Virus record (IMG/VR): IMGVR_UViG_3300030376_008845 | Location: 1 to 45,625 of that record | From: a virus | Taxonomy: Duplodnaviria; Caudoviricetes | Reading direction: 5' to 3' (one strand) | Length of the DNA stretch: 45,625 nucleotides | Shown here: positions 1 through 9,335 of the stretch, piece by piece | How positions within the stretch are numbered: position 1 is the first letter of the stretch | Layout: each line of letters opens with the position of its first letter | Notes under the pieces: generated by a model | What the model was told of the DNA's origin: nothing | Database searches by the model: none | What the model saw: only the letters and a program-made list of their open reading frames with translations | Position numbers and translations under genes: made by a program

Positions 1-1911
1 TACAACACAGGGCGTAATGATAAAGGATGGTCTTCATCTTACCTGTTAACTAAATGGTCTGGTAACGGATACATTTATAACACTTCAGGAGCAGGATGGA
101 CATATTTTGCTTCAGTAGGATACTCACCCGAAGGTTCAGCTCATAGCTTGAACCTTTCTGCTTTAGGTGCAGGGCAATGGCATCACCAAAGAGATGTATG
201 GGTTTCAATTCGTGATTATCAAAACTTCGGAGAAGAAGGTATTGATAGACGTTGGAACACAAATGGTGGTACTTTAGGAGGTGAAGAATATAACTTACGT
301 AGAAATTTCTATAATAAACCCCTAGCTACATTAAACTGGGATTGGGATATTTCAGATAACGTACAGTTAAACACTTCATTATATGGTTCAGCTGGTAGAG
401 GTGGAGGAACAGGTCCTAGAGGACGTAATTATTTTGCTTCAGATATTGATTTACTTCCTTTCCGTAAGGATTTAACTGAACATTACCTAGAAAATGGTAG
501 AGGAGCTCGTGATGCTAATGGTTTTATTAACTATGATGCAGTAGTAGCTCATAACTCACAATATCAAGTAGGTTCCCACAATGATAGAGATTATAACCGT
601 GATATTTTAGTACGTAGAGCTTCTATGAACTCACATAACTGGATTGGTGGTATTTCTAAGTTAAATATCCAATCAGGTAAAATGAGATACTCTTTAGGAG
701 TTGATTTACGTAACTATACAGGTTACCACTATAGAGCTATGAATGATTTACTAGGTCTTCAACAATATGCTTCAACTGGTAATCAGTATTTAGGAACTCA
801 ATTATATGATTCAAGTGATCTAGTAGTTGCTAAACCATTCCAAAACACAAATATTGATGATGATCAAGCAAAAATTGCTTATTATAATATTGGATATGTA
901 AAATGGGCTGGTGTTAACGGTTTAGTAGAATATGCTGGTGATAATGTAACAGCAGTACTACAAGCTGGTTTATCTAATCAACAGTTCCAAAGAGAAGATA
1001 GATTCGTAGTATTTGATAATCCTATTTCAGATAAAGCTAATTTAGGTGGTGGATACCTTAAAGGTGGTATTAACTACAACTTTACTGAAAGATCAAATGT
1101 ATTTGTTAATGCAGGATTTATTGATCGTCAACCATTATTTAACGCAGTATTCCCTAACTATGCAAACGATATCAATCCTGATTTACAAAATGAGCGTATT
1201 GAATCATTTGAAATTGGATATGGATACATTGGTAGTGGATTAAAATTAAATATTAATGCTTACTCTACTAATTGGGGTAACAGATTTGTTTCTCGTAGTT
1301 TATCTAACCAACAAGGTGTAGATGGATTTGCTCAATTTAGAAACATTGATGTAACTCATAAAGGTATTGAAGCAGAAGCTACTTATACTTTAGGATCTAC
1401 AAAACTTAGAGGTATGTTATCTTTAGGTGATTGGAGATATACTAAAGACTTTGAAGCAGAATTATTTGATGAAAATCAACAGTCAATTGGTACTGGTACT
1501 TTATACCTAGAAGGTGCTAAAGTGGGTGATGCTGCTCAAACAACATTCTTATTAGGTATTGACCAACGTTTAGGTAGTAAAGTACGATTTGATATTGACT
1601 ACAGATTTGTAGATGGATTATATGCTGATTATAGTATTACAGATTCAGCATTTACTCAACCTGACAACCCAGGAGCTTTAAAATTACCATCATTTGGTCT
1701 AGTAGACTTTGGTGCTAGTTTCTTTGCTGGAAATGGATGGTCATTAAGAGCAAATATTAATAACTTATTAGATACTACTTATATTGCAGAATCTAATAGT
1801 AATATCCACGCTGGTTCAAGTTCAGTAACTTGGAATGGTGTAGATGTACGAAACAGTGTATGGTTCGGATTTGGAAGAACTTGGAATGTTTCGCTCAAGT
1901 ATAAATTTTAA
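1..1911 (+). CDS. TonB-dependent outer-membrane receptor, beta-barrel part (5'-truncated)
   Basis: Frame is open from base 1 (YNTGRNDKGW...). Amphipathic beta-strand pattern, NINNLLD motif near the end, C-terminal GRTWNVSLKYKF with terminal Phe. Confidence 0.88.
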   Translation, partial: YNTGRNDKGWSSSYLLTKWSGNGYIYNTSGAGWTYFASVGYSPEGSAHSLNLSALGAGQWHHQRDVWVSIRDYQNFGEEGIDRRWNTNGGTLGGEEYNLRRNFYNKPLATLNWDWDISDNVQLNTSLYGSAGRGGGTGPRGRNYFASDIDLLPFRKDLTEHYLENGRGARDANGFINYDAVVAHNSQYQVGSHNDRDYNRDILVRRASMNSHNWIGGISKLNIQSGKMRYSLGVDLRNYTGYHYRAMNDLLGLQQYASTGNQYLGTQLYDSSDLVVAKPFQNTNIDDDQAKIAYYNIGYVKWAGVNGLVEYAGDNVTAVLQAGLSNQQFQREDRFVVFDNPISDKANLGGGYLKGGINYNFTERSNVFVNAGFIDRQPLFNAVFPNYANDINPDLQNERIESFEIGYGYIGSGLKLNINAYSTNWGNRFVSRSLSNQQGVDGFAQFRNIDVTHKGIEAEATYTLGSTKLRGMLSLGDWRYTKDFEAELFDENQQSIGTGTLYLEGAKVGDAAQTTFLLGIDQRLGSKVRFDIDYRFVDGLYADYSITDSAFTQPDNPGALKLPSFGLVDFGASFFAGNGWSLRANINNLLDTTYIAESNSNIHAGSSSVTWNGVDVRNSVWFGFGRTWNVSLKYKF

Positions 1912-1917
1912 TAAATA

Positions 1918-1937
1918 GGGGGCTTCGGCCCCCTTTT
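1918..1937 (+). terminator. Rho-independent terminator
   Basis: GGGGGC-TTCG-GCCCCC-TTTT (cUUCGg tetraloop) right after the TBDR stop. Confidence 0.9.
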
Positions 1938-1944
1938 ATTTTTT

Positions 1945-2079
1945 ATGGAAGTAATAGGAGAACTTTGGCAACAACATGGCTTTAAAGATCTAGGTAATTG
2001 GATAGATGGAGCAATAGCAGTTGGTTTATTTATGGGGCTCTATTATTATAAAAAATGGGTTGATCATAGATTTAAATAG
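1945..2079 (+). CDS. Small single-TM hypothetical protein (44 aa, not in ORF track)
   Basis: MEVIGELWQQHGFKDLGNWIDGAIAVGLFMGLYYYKKWVDHRFK; fills the gap between terminator and nuclease. Confidence 0.6.
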   Translation: MEVIGELWQQHGFKDLGNWIDGAIAVGLFMGLYYYKKWVDHRFK

Positions 2080-2082
2080 ATT

Positions 2083-2850
2083 ATGAAAAAGTTATTATTT
2101 TTATTATTACCTTTACTATCATTTAGTAATGATTGGGGTAAAACAGGTCATAGAATAGTAGGTGAAATTGCAGAAAGACAATTAACTGAAGAAGTTAAAG
2201 AAATTGTATACAATATTTTAGATGGAGAATCACTATCATCAGTAAGTACTTGGGCTGATGAAATGAGAAGTAATCCTGATTGGAGGCCTTATGATAAATG
2301 GCATTACGTAAATCTACCATTAGACGTAGAATACCCAGATGCTAATGTACCTGAAGAAAATGTAGTTACTATAATTGAAAGATGTGTTGCTATACTTAAA
2401 TCCCCTTCTTCAGATAAGGAAATGAAAAAATTTTATCTTAAATATTTAGTTCATTTAGTAGGAGACATCCACCAGCCAATGCATACAGGTAGATATGAAG
2501 ATTATGGTGGTTCAAAAATTTATATTACATTTAAAGGTAGAAAAGGATCTGATAATAAAACAAATTTACATGTATTATGGGATACTAATCTAATAGATGA
2601 TTTTAAAATGAGTTTTACTGAATGGAGTAACCATTTACAAAATAAGTATGGTAGAAAAGAAGTAAAGCAGAGTGATGCATTAGAATGGACTTTTGAATCA
2701 CATTGGTGGGCTAGAGATATCTACAATAATACACCCGATGGTTCATATCTTTCATATAATTATGTTTACAAGTACCAACCAGTATTAGAAAAAAGACTGT
2801 ATTACGCAGGGATAAGATTAGGTAATTTAATAAATGAAATATTCGAATGA
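2083..2850 (+). CDS. Secreted S1/P1 nuclease
   Basis: Signal peptide, then WGKTGH, WADEMR, WHYVN, HLVGDIHQPMH and NLHVLWD zinc-ligand motifs. Confidence 0.93.
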   Translation: MKKLLFLLLPLLSFSNDWGKTGHRIVGEIAERQLTEEVKEIVYNILDGESLSSVSTWADEMRSNPDWRPYDKWHYVNLPLDVEYPDANVPEENVVTIIERCVAILKSPSSDKEMKKFYLKYLVHLVGDIHQPMHTGRYEDYGGSKIYITFKGRKGSDNKTNLHVLWDTNLIDDFKMSFTEWSNHLQNKYGRKEVKQSDALEWTFESHWWARDIYNNTPDGSYLSYNYVYKYQPVLEKRLYYAGIRLGNLINEIFE

Positions 2851-3065
2851 ACAAAGAATTATTATATAAAATATTTGTAGTATTCATCGGTACAGGATGT
2901 ATGATGGTAGGACCCTTTTTTGTTAACTTTTTATTAGGTAAAATATTATCTGTAATAGGATTATCTTTGTTGACAATTCAAACTCAAAAAACAAAATCAT
3001 ATAACTTATCACTTTTAAACGCGGTAGGAATTATTGGATATCTTTATAGTATCTTTACACAATGA
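2847..3065 (+). CDS. Small 3-TM membrane protein (possibly half-size PnuC/SemiSWEET-like)
   Basis: Three hydrophobic helices; similar to the C-terminal part of 5867..6199. Family is an inference. Confidence 0.6.
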   Translation: MNKELLYKIFVVFIGTGCMMVGPFFVNFLLGKILSVIGLSLLTIQTQKTKSYNLSLLNAVGIIGYLYSIFTQ

Positions 3066-3595
3066 GCAAATTAGTTAATTTATTTGGAGGCCCCGGAATA
3101 GGTAAGAGTGGAATAGCAGCTGGTATTACTTATAAACTAAAAAAGAAACATATAAGTTGTAATAACCCATATGAATTTCCTAAAACCATTGCCTGGGATA
3201 ATAACCTACCAGCAATTAAAGATCAGTTATACATCTTTGCTAACCAACATAGAGGAATAGCACAAGCATATGGTAAAGTAGATTATATAATAATTGATTC
3301 ACCAATCTTATTTTCTACAATTTACCATACCTATTATACTAATGGATACCCAGCTGAATATTATAGACAACCATTCCATGATTTAGTAGTTGATTTACAT
3401 AAACAGTATGATAGTATAAACATATTGTTAGATCGTGGAGAATCAGTACATAATGATGATGAACGATTTCAAGACTTAGAGGAATCAATAGTAATAGATA
3501 AACTGTGTAAAACTATCTTAGATAAACATGATATACCATATCATACTATAAAGGTAGATAAAAATGCAGTTAAAAAAATAATGAAATTGTTATAA
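3062..3595 (+). CDS. P-loop NTPase/kinase, NadR/Ttd14 (AAA_28)-like
   Basis: NLFGGPGIGKS Walker A, IIIDSPIL, DDERFQ; size typical of the family. Confidence 0.75.
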   Translation: MSKLVNLFGGPGIGKSGIAAGITYKLKKKHISCNNPYEFPKTIAWDNNLPAIKDQLYIFANQHRGIAQAYGKVDYIIIDSPILFSTIYHTYYTNGYPAEYYRQPFHDLVVDLHKQYDSINILLDRGESVHNDDERFQDLEESIVIDKLCKTILDKHDIPYHTIKVDKNAVKKIMKLL

Positions 3596-3622
3596 AAGAA
3601 AGGGCGCAATAGCGCCCTTTTC
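3596..3622. terminator. Bidirectional Rho-independent terminator
   Basis: AAGGGCGC-AATA-GCGCCCTT with A-run upstream and T-run downstream, between convergent genes. Confidence 0.88.
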
Positions 3623-3802
3623 TTATTTACAACATCTAATATATGCTGCCCACATTTTTTGTGCGGTTTTAAGATCAATTTGACCTTTATCTAGTTGTGT
3701 TTGAATAACATCATACATTTGCTTCTTTTCCATTTCAGTTTTTTCGTGTGCAAATGTTAAAGTGCTAACTAGAAGTGTGGTTAGTAATAATAGTTTTCTC
3801 AT
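3623..3802 (-). CDS. Small secreted protein (only minus-strand gene)
   Basis: MRKLLLLTTLLVSTLTFA signal peptide; start placed at 3802; ATATTTAT motif upstream on the minus strand. Confidence 0.7.
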   Translation of the reverse strand: MRKLLLLTTLLVSTLTFAHEKTEMEKKQMYDVIQTQLDKGQIDLKTAQKMWAAYIRCCK

Positions 3803-3880
3803 AGTGTTAGCTTTAGTCATCGGTTATAAATATTAACGTCATACTAAAGTAATATACAATAAAAAAGCGTCATATCAAAA

Positions 3881-3912
3881 TTTGGCTACCCAGGAGGCCT
3901 TTCGTATATTTA
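3881..3912 (+). promoter_or_regulatory. Bacteroidota-type promoter (-33/-7), probably early
   Basis: TTTG(3881)-20 nt-TATATTTA(3905), followed by leader TAAAAATAAAGGTTATG. Confidence 0.8.
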
Positions 3913-3935
3913 CGGCGTAATTAAAAATAAAGGTT

Positions 3936-4103
3936 ATGCAAGTATTAAGATTTTTTACAGACGAGTTAAGTGGTGATGAATGTGCTATTGTATGGAATGG
4001 TACAGAAGAAATTTGTGTTACAGCTGATACAGCTTGGGATATAGAAGCTAAAGCGCAAGCTAAGCAAGACGAATATGAATTAATGTGTGAGAGAGGTTGG
4101 TAA
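3936..4103 (+). CDS. Acidic hypothetical protein (55 aa, not in ORF track)
   Basis: MQVLRFFTDELSGDECAIVWNGTEEICVTADTAWDIEAKAQAKQDEYELMCERGW; ATG sits at the end of the conserved leader. Confidence 0.75.
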   Translation: MQVLRFFTDELSGDECAIVWNGTEEICVTADTAWDIEAKAQAKQDEYELMCERGW

Positions 4104-4127
4104 TCCAACCCCTCTTTCGTATATTTA
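4096..4127 (+). promoter_or_regulatory. Bacteroidota-type promoter overlapping a stem-loop
   Basis: GTTG-20 nt-TATATTTA; GGTTGG-TAAT-CCAACC hairpin covers the -33 element. Confidence 0.78.
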
Positions 4128-4146
4128 CATCATAAAAATAAAGGTT

Positions 4147-4836
4147 ATGTCACAATTAGAATTATTTAAAACAAAAGAGCAAGAAGAAAATTTACAATAC
4201 GCTATTAATAGATTTAATAAGCGTCAAGTAAAAGCTGAAGAGCGTTATTTTAATATTCTTAATATCCTAAGTCAAAATGGTTTTATAAAAAACAAACATT
4301 ATGTACTTGAAGGTGAAGGAGAATATGTTACTAGTTATAAAGAATTTGATTATGGAAGTTGGAGAGAAAATTTAACTGAAGAAGTATTAGTTAAATCCTG
4401 GAATGGTTCAATTAGGTTTTTATATTCATCTTATAATGAATATGATAATAAATTAGAAAACCGTGATGCAATGGTTGATATGCAAGATGGAAAATTCAAT
4501 TTAGTTCAATTACAAGGTAATTATCGTTATATCAAACCATCTACTTTATTGAGTAAATTAGATGAATCACATATTATTGCTAAAAACCGTTTTGATAAAG
4601 CTAATAAGTATAATAATACTGTTATTAAAGCATTAAAAGATTTACAAACTAAATTCCCAGATGCTAAAATTACTCGTTCATCTTATGATGATAATATTAC
4701 TATTGAATTTAAAAATGGTAATTCAGTTACATATAAGGTATGGAGTGATGGTTCATTAAGTGAAAAAAGATGTTATATTAAAACAATCCAATCACTTAAT
4801 CAGGATGATAAATTAAAAATGTTACAAAATCTATAA
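4147..4836 (+). CDS. Hypothetical protein (probably early)
   Basis: Start moved to ATG 4147, after the conserved leader TAAAAATAAAGGTTATG. Confidence 0.75.
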   Translation: MSQLELFKTKEQEENLQYAINRFNKRQVKAEERYFNILNILSQNGFIKNKHYVLEGEGEYVTSYKEFDYGSWRENLTEEVLVKSWNGSIRFLYSSYNEYDNKLENRDAMVDMQDGKFNLVQLQGNYRYIKPSTLLSKLDESHIIAKNRFDKANKYNNTVIKALKDLQTKFPDAKITRSSYDDNITIEFKNGNSVTYKVWSDGSLSEKRCYIKTIQSLNQDDKLKMLQNL

Positions 4837-4838
4837 TT

Positions 4839-5126
4839 ATGACTTTTAAAGATTTAAAATTTAAAAAACATAGTGTAGTAGAAGGTATTCAAGCTACACT
4901 TGAGATTAAACCAAATGTATTCATATCAGTAGTAGCTGGTGATGGAATGTACTCAAATGGTAAAACAGGAAATAGAGCAGCTGTCTCTAAAGTTAAAGAT
5001 GTTTCTTCATTTGAAGTAGGAATTATAAATGAGAATTTACCAGAAGAAGACCAACAATGGGAAGTTGTAGGTTGGCAATCAAGAGAAGATATTAATAAAT
5101 TAATAGAAAGTTATGGAAAAAGTTAA
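4839..5126 (+). CDS. Hypothetical phage protein
   Basis: 95 aa ORF with tight operon spacing. Confidence 0.7.
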   Translation: MTFKDLKFKKHSVVEGIQATLEIKPNVFISVVAGDGMYSNGKTGNRAAVSKVKDVSSFEVGIINENLPEEDQQWEVVGWQSREDINKLIESYGKS

Positions 5127-5292
5127 AAATTTTATGTTAAAATATTATCCAATAGTATTTGCATTTATTTGTATGCTATATTCAATTGGGTTAGGGATTA
5201 CAGGTAATTTTGAAGAAGCACAATATTCAGCTCATTGGCCTGGGACTATTTTATTATTCGCAATTGCAATTAGACAAAGACGTAGATCATGA
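5113..5292 (+). CDS. Small 2-TM membrane protein (59 aa, not in ORF track)
   Basis: MEKVKNFMLKYYPIVFAFICMLYSIGLGITG...TILLFAIAIRQRRRS; ATGA overlap with next gene. Confidence 0.7.
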   Translation: MEKVKNFMLKYYPIVFAFICMLYSIGLGITGNFEEAQYSAHWPGTILLFAIAIRQRRRS

Positions 5293-5510
5293 GTACCGCA
5301 TTTTTTATAGTAGGGTTTTGTATTTTTAGTTTGTATGTGTATTTCTTAATTTGGAATATATTTTATCAAACTAAAAAACAAAGAGAAGAAGGTAATGGTA
5401 CTCAAGAGTACTACGAACGGAATTATATTGGTCCTAAATCTCCTAAAAGAAAAAAAGGAAGTCAGAGTAGAAAGAAAAATTACTCATGGCATAATGAAGC
5501 TAAATTATAA
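5289..5510 (+). CDS. Small membrane protein with basic tail
   Basis: N-terminal TM helix, Lys-rich C-terminus. Confidence 0.65.
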   Translation: MSTAFFIVGFCIFSLYVYFLIWNIFYQTKKQREEGNGTQEYYERNYIGPKSPKRKKGSQSRKKNYSWHNEAKL

Positions 5511-5512
5511 TT

Positions 5513-5659
5513 ATGTGTAGCTCAGGAGCCCATTATATAGACGAGGAATCTTATGAAAAAGAACAAGCTAAAAAGAAGTTCTATAATAAAGTAGACGACA
5601 AGTGGGATTACTATTCAGGATTACCTAACCCTAAGGCATATGAATCAACAACAGATTGA
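5513..5659 (+). CDS. Hypothetical protein (48 aa, not in ORF track)
   Basis: MCSSGAHYIDEESY...WDYYSGLPNPKAYESTTD fills the gap. Confidence 0.55.
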   Translation: MCSSGAHYIDEESYEKEQAKKKFYNKVDDKWDYYSGLPNPKAYESTTD

Positions 5660-5870
5660 TAGAATTATAGAAATGGCATGGGAAGATAGAACTCCATTTG
5701 ATGCTATTGAATATCAGTTTGGTCTTAAAGAAAATGATGTACGTAAAATAATGAGAGAAAATCTTAAGCGTTCATCATTTGAATTATGGAGGGAAAGAGT
5801 TAAAGGGAGGAAAACAAAACATAACCTTACCTCCCCCTCTTCTCGTTTTAAATCAAAAAATCAAAAGTGA
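5640..5870 (+). CDS. TIGR03643/DUF2805 family protein
   Basis: Signature RIIEMAWEDRTPFDAI...SSFELWRERVKGRKTKH. Confidence 0.88.
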   Translation: MNQQQIDRIIEMAWEDRTPFDAIEYQFGLKENDVRKIMRENLKRSSFELWRERVKGRKTKHNLTSPSSRFKSKNQK

Positions 5871-6199
5871 GGAAATGTAATAAATGTCATAAAGAAAAAC
5901 ATACTGATAAATTTAGGTATGGTAAACGCACTTGTAAAAAGTGCGAATATAGATGGTGGCAAAGGGTTTTACGTTATTTAGCTTATAGACGTAGATTATC
6001 TCCATATGAGAAATTTGCCTCTAGAATAGGTTATATGGGTTCAGGATTTTTAATTGCAGCTCAATGGACAATAGAGCCAACTTTATATATTATAGGTTTT
6101 ATATTTGTTATGGTTCAAACATCATCACGTAAGCAATGGAACTTAGTAGTTTTAAATTTAAATGGATTAATAGCTTGGGTAATACATTTGGTTTCCTGA
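5867..6199 (+). CDS. Zn-ribbon fused to 3-TM membrane domain
   Basis: CNKC...CKKC N-terminus; hydrophobic C-terminus similar to 2847..3065. Confidence 0.65.
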   Translation: MRKCNKCHKEKHTDKFRYGKRTCKKCEYRWWQRVLRYLAYRRRLSPYEKFASRIGYMGSGFLIAAQWTIEPTLYIIGFIFVMVQTSSRKQWNLVVLNLNGLIAWVIHLVS

Positions 6200-6218
6200 A
6201 GAATTTTTCGTATATTTA
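6187..6218 (+). promoter_or_regulatory. Bacteroidota-type promoter
   Basis: TTTG(6187)-20 nt-TATATTTA(6211), in the context TTCGTATATTTACGG. Confidence 0.8.
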
Positions 6219-6252
6219 CGGGTTCAATTAAATAAATATAAATTATATAAAA

Positions 6253-6657
6253 ATGGAAAAGGTTATAGTAGAGTATGATAATGATAAGGTTTTCACTTAT
6301 GATATTGTTTTGTGGAGAACTTATAAAAAAGGTAAACGTGAAGTATTATTTAACTTCGTTGATGATCTAATCAACAACCCTTCAGTTGTATCTTATAAAT
6401 TTGTAGAGCCAAAACGTAAAAGAGGTGATGGAGAAAGTTTATCTGCAAAGTACGAAAGTAAAAATGTAAAAGAAGATATTTCAATGCCAATGGAAATTGC
6501 AGACGAAATAGTTATGTTTGCACGAGGTGATGGTAAAGGTTTTACTAAAGAAGTAGTTGAAAAATGGAATAAACATTTTGATTTTGACTTACCTTCTAAA
6601 TTTGAAAGATATGGTTTTTCAGGTTCATCTCGTTTAAATACAATTTTTAAAATATGA
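6253..6657 (+). CDS. Hypothetical protein
   Basis: 134 aa ORF directly downstream of a promoter. Confidence 0.7.
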   Translation: MEKVIVEYDNDKVFTYDIVLWRTYKKGKREVLFNFVDDLINNPSVVSYKFVEPKRKRGDGESLSAKYESKNVKEDISMPMEIADEIVMFARGDGKGFTKEVVEKWNKHFDFDLPSKFERYGFSGSSRLNTIFKI

Positions 6658-6776
6658 GTTGGGTAACTTACAATGGAAAAAAGAAGAAACTATTTGGTAT
6701 TCATACTAATGGTAATTATCTTATAAAAATGAATGGTACATTAGTACAAATACCTAAAGAAAAAGTTATTAAATGA
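6654..6776 (+). CDS. Small basic hypothetical protein (40 aa, not in ORF track)
   Basis: ATGA overlaps at both ends; MSWVTYNGKKKKLFGIHTNG... Confidence 0.55.
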   Translation: MSWVTYNGKKKKLFGIHTNGNYLIKMNGTLVQIPKEKVIK

Positions 6777-7432
6777 TAATTCCTTTTATCCCTGAAGATT
6801 TATTTGAGTTAAATAATAATCTTTATCCTCAATTTGATGGAGAAGCTATTATTATAGATAATATTTTTAAAAATTATAATAATATCCTTGATATATGCAG
6901 AAATACATCTGCTGAATCATGGAAAATAACCCCAACATCTCGTAATTTTAAAGATTATTATGATTGTAGACCAACTTTTATAAATTATTTTAAAGACGAA
7001 AAAAAACTTAATAATAGAAAAGAAACTTTTTTCAATTTAATTAATCATTACTATAATACTAATAGTAAATTAGAATTTGAAGACCATTTTACTTTTAATT
7101 ATTTTAAACATCTAAATAAAAATCTTCCTAAACATTTTCAACATCACCCCCATTACGATAGTAATTTTAATATTATATTTTATATTGATTCCTTTGAAAA
7201 TGGAGGTACAGCTATATATGAAAACGTTTCTATAGATAATGATGAACATGAAAACTTATTAAAAGATATATCTTCATTTTCAATAAAAAAAATAATTAGA
7301 TCTAAACCTAATAGATGTGTTATTTTTCCTGGTAACAATCTTCATGGAGGGTATATTGAAAACCATAATATCTATTATGATAATTGGAGAATAAATTTAG
7401 TTAATTTTATAAAATCATCAACCAATGACTAA
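6773..7432 (+). CDS. 2OG-Fe(II) oxygenase-like protein
   Basis: PHYD...GGT...NRCVIFPGNNLHGG...WRINLV (HxD...H...R). Confidence 0.75.
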   Translation: MIIPFIPEDLFELNNNLYPQFDGEAIIIDNIFKNYNNILDICRNTSAESWKITPTSRNFKDYYDCRPTFINYFKDEKKLNNRKETFFNLINHYYNTNSKLEFEDHFTFNYFKHLNKNLPKHFQHHPHYDSNFNIIFYIDSFENGGTAIYENVSIDNDEHENLLKDISSFSIKKIIRSKPNRCVIFPGNNLHGGYIENHNIYYDNWRINLVNFIKSSTND

Positions 7433-8267
7433 TTTGCAAAAATATAGATTATATCTAAAAAATCTAAAACATCATGAAAGTTTACTTCATGAACTTAAAG
7501 GCCCAAAACTAAAAGAAAATTTTTTAGAATGGAATCTTAAATATAAGTTAAAGTTAAATAAATATTTTTCTAAACATCTAAGTAAAGAATTTGATATAAG
7601 TTTATCTTATAAATGTGATAAATTATTTTTAAGTTATAATTCTAATATAATTTTGGGAGTAAACTTTTTACATAAAGCTAAGCAATTAGATGAAAAAATT
7701 GTTTACAATAAAATTCAAATAGAAACCCCAAAATTACAAGTTACCGATCCAAACTCTTATAAACAGTTTTTAGTAATTGGTAAGTTTGTAGAAGTTATAA
7801 GTAAAAATGAAAGTAATCTTATTGAACTTTTTAATAACCTTTTACAAAAACATCAAAAAGATTTTATCAAAAAAATAGAAAAACCTATATATAAGCAAGA
7901 TAAACTTGTGTGGAAATATTATCATTTATTAGAAGGATTAGTTGTTAAAAAACTTTCTTTGCATTTAAAAAATGGAGAAATTAATTTTGAACAACTTTAT
8001 AATAAAATAGCAATAAATTTAAACTTTAATCCTTTTAATATAGAATTATATCAAGTTAAATCTATAAAATATTTAAAAAAGGATAGTAAATTTTTAATTT
8101 TAGGAAGAAATGCAGAAGATGATTATGATACAACTCTTCCTTATCATGTATATGAATACAAAATTCCAAAAGAACATTTAAAAAACAATTATAAAGAATT
8201 TTTATTTGCAATATTTGATCATACATTTAGATATTATGACCATGAAATCTTATTTTTAAATGAATAA
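7425..8267 (+). CDS. Hypothetical Lys/Leu-rich protein
   Basis: 280 aa ORF overlapping both neighbours; no motif recognised. Confidence 0.65.
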   Translation: MTNLQKYRLYLKNLKHHESLLHELKGPKLKENFLEWNLKYKLKLNKYFSKHLSKEFDISLSYKCDKLFLSYNSNIILGVNFLHKAKQLDEKIVYNKIQIETPKLQVTDPNSYKQFLVIGKFVEVISKNESNLIELFNNLLQKHQKDFIKKIEKPIYKQDKLVWKYYHLLEGLVVKKLSLHLKNGEINFEQLYNKIAINLNFNPFNIELYQVKSIKYLKKDSKFLILGRNAEDDYDTTLPYHVYEYKIPKEHLKNNYKEFLFAIFDHTFRYYDHEILFLNE

Positions 8268-9135
8268 ATTAGACAACGATTATCAAGATCTACTCTCTGA
8301 TGTTTTAGAGGATGGAATAGAAAAAACAGATAGAACCGGAACAGGTACTCTATCTTTATTTGGCAGAAGTATTAAACACAATATGTCAGATGGTTTCCCT
8401 GTTTTAACTACTAAAAAAGTAGCTTGGAAAACAATGGTAACCGAATTAAAATGGTTTTTAAGAGGAGATACAAATATTAAGTATTTGGTTGACAATGGGT
8501 GTAATATTTGGAATGGTGATGCTTATAAAAAATATTGTAAGTTACAAGTTCCTCACGATCATTTTGAAACTCAAAAAGAGTTTATTGAATTAATTAAAAC
8601 AAAAGATGAGTTTGCTAAGAAGTGGGGTGAGTTAGGACCTGTATATGGTAGGCAATGGAGAGATGTTAATGGAATAGATCAACTAGAGAATCTTATTACA
8701 GGCATTATAAGCAACCCAGATAGTAGAAGACATTTAGTTGATAGCTGGAATGTAGAAGATTTAGATAAAATGACTCTTCCTCCTTGCCATTATTCTTTTC
8801 AATGTTATGTTGCAGATGGTAAGCTCTCTCTTATGTGGAATCAACGTAGCGCAGATTTGTTCTTAGGCGTACCGTTTAACATCAGTAGTTATGGTCTTTT
8901 ACTGCATTTACTGTGCAAAGAAACCAGACTCGAACCAGGTGAATTAATAGGAAGATTTGGTGATATACATTTATATAATAACCATATTGAACAAGCTAAA
9001 GAACAAATTAATAGGAATAGTTTTGATCTACCTAAATTAAAAGTATCATGTTATGACATTTATAGAGGCGATTTTGATGCCGAATTAGTAAATTATCAAT
9101 CACACCCTGCTATTAAAGCACCCTTAAGTAACTAA
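8260..9135 (+). CDS. thyA: Thymidylate synthase
   Basis: DRTGTGT, LGPVYGRQWR, LPPCH, QRSADLFLGVPFN (dUMP-specifying Asn present), DIHLYNNH. Confidence 0.97.
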   Translation: MNKLDNDYQDLLSDVLEDGIEKTDRTGTGTLSLFGRSIKHNMSDGFPVLTTKKVAWKTMVTELKWFLRGDTNIKYLVDNGCNIWNGDAYKKYCKLQVPHDHFETQKEFIELIKTKDEFAKKWGELGPVYGRQWRDVNGIDQLENLITGIISNPDSRRHLVDSWNVEDLDKMTLPPCHYSFQCYVADGKLSLMWNQRSADLFLGVPFNISSYGLLLHLLCKETRLEPGELIGRFGDIHLYNNHIEQAKEQINRNSFDLPKLKVSCYDIYRGDFDAELVNYQSHPAIKAPLSN

Positions 9136-9335
9136 TGGAAAAACCTGAAGAAATAATTTGTCATAAATGTGGAAAACCTGCTACGGGAAGATACTCCCCA
9201 GATATGGATATAGCGGGTTTAGCATTTTGTGATGAACATAAAGAATTAATGGCTGCTGCTTTTTATTGTCTTTTACAAAACGATACAAAGACATTTGACC
9301 AGCTTATGGGAACAGACTTGGCTACCCAAGAATAG
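9135..9335 (+). CDS. Small Zn-finger protein
   Basis: CHKC...CDEH. Confidence 0.6.
   Translation: MEKPEEIICHKCGKPATGRYSPDMDIAGLAFCDEHKELMAAAFYCLLQNDTKTFDQLMGTDLATQE

Noticed and set aside
8260-9135. thyA as a dCMP hydroxymethylase feeding the carbamoyltransferase or glycosyltransferases
   Set aside because: It keeps the dUMP-specifying Asn (GVPFN) and full canonical ThyA motifs.
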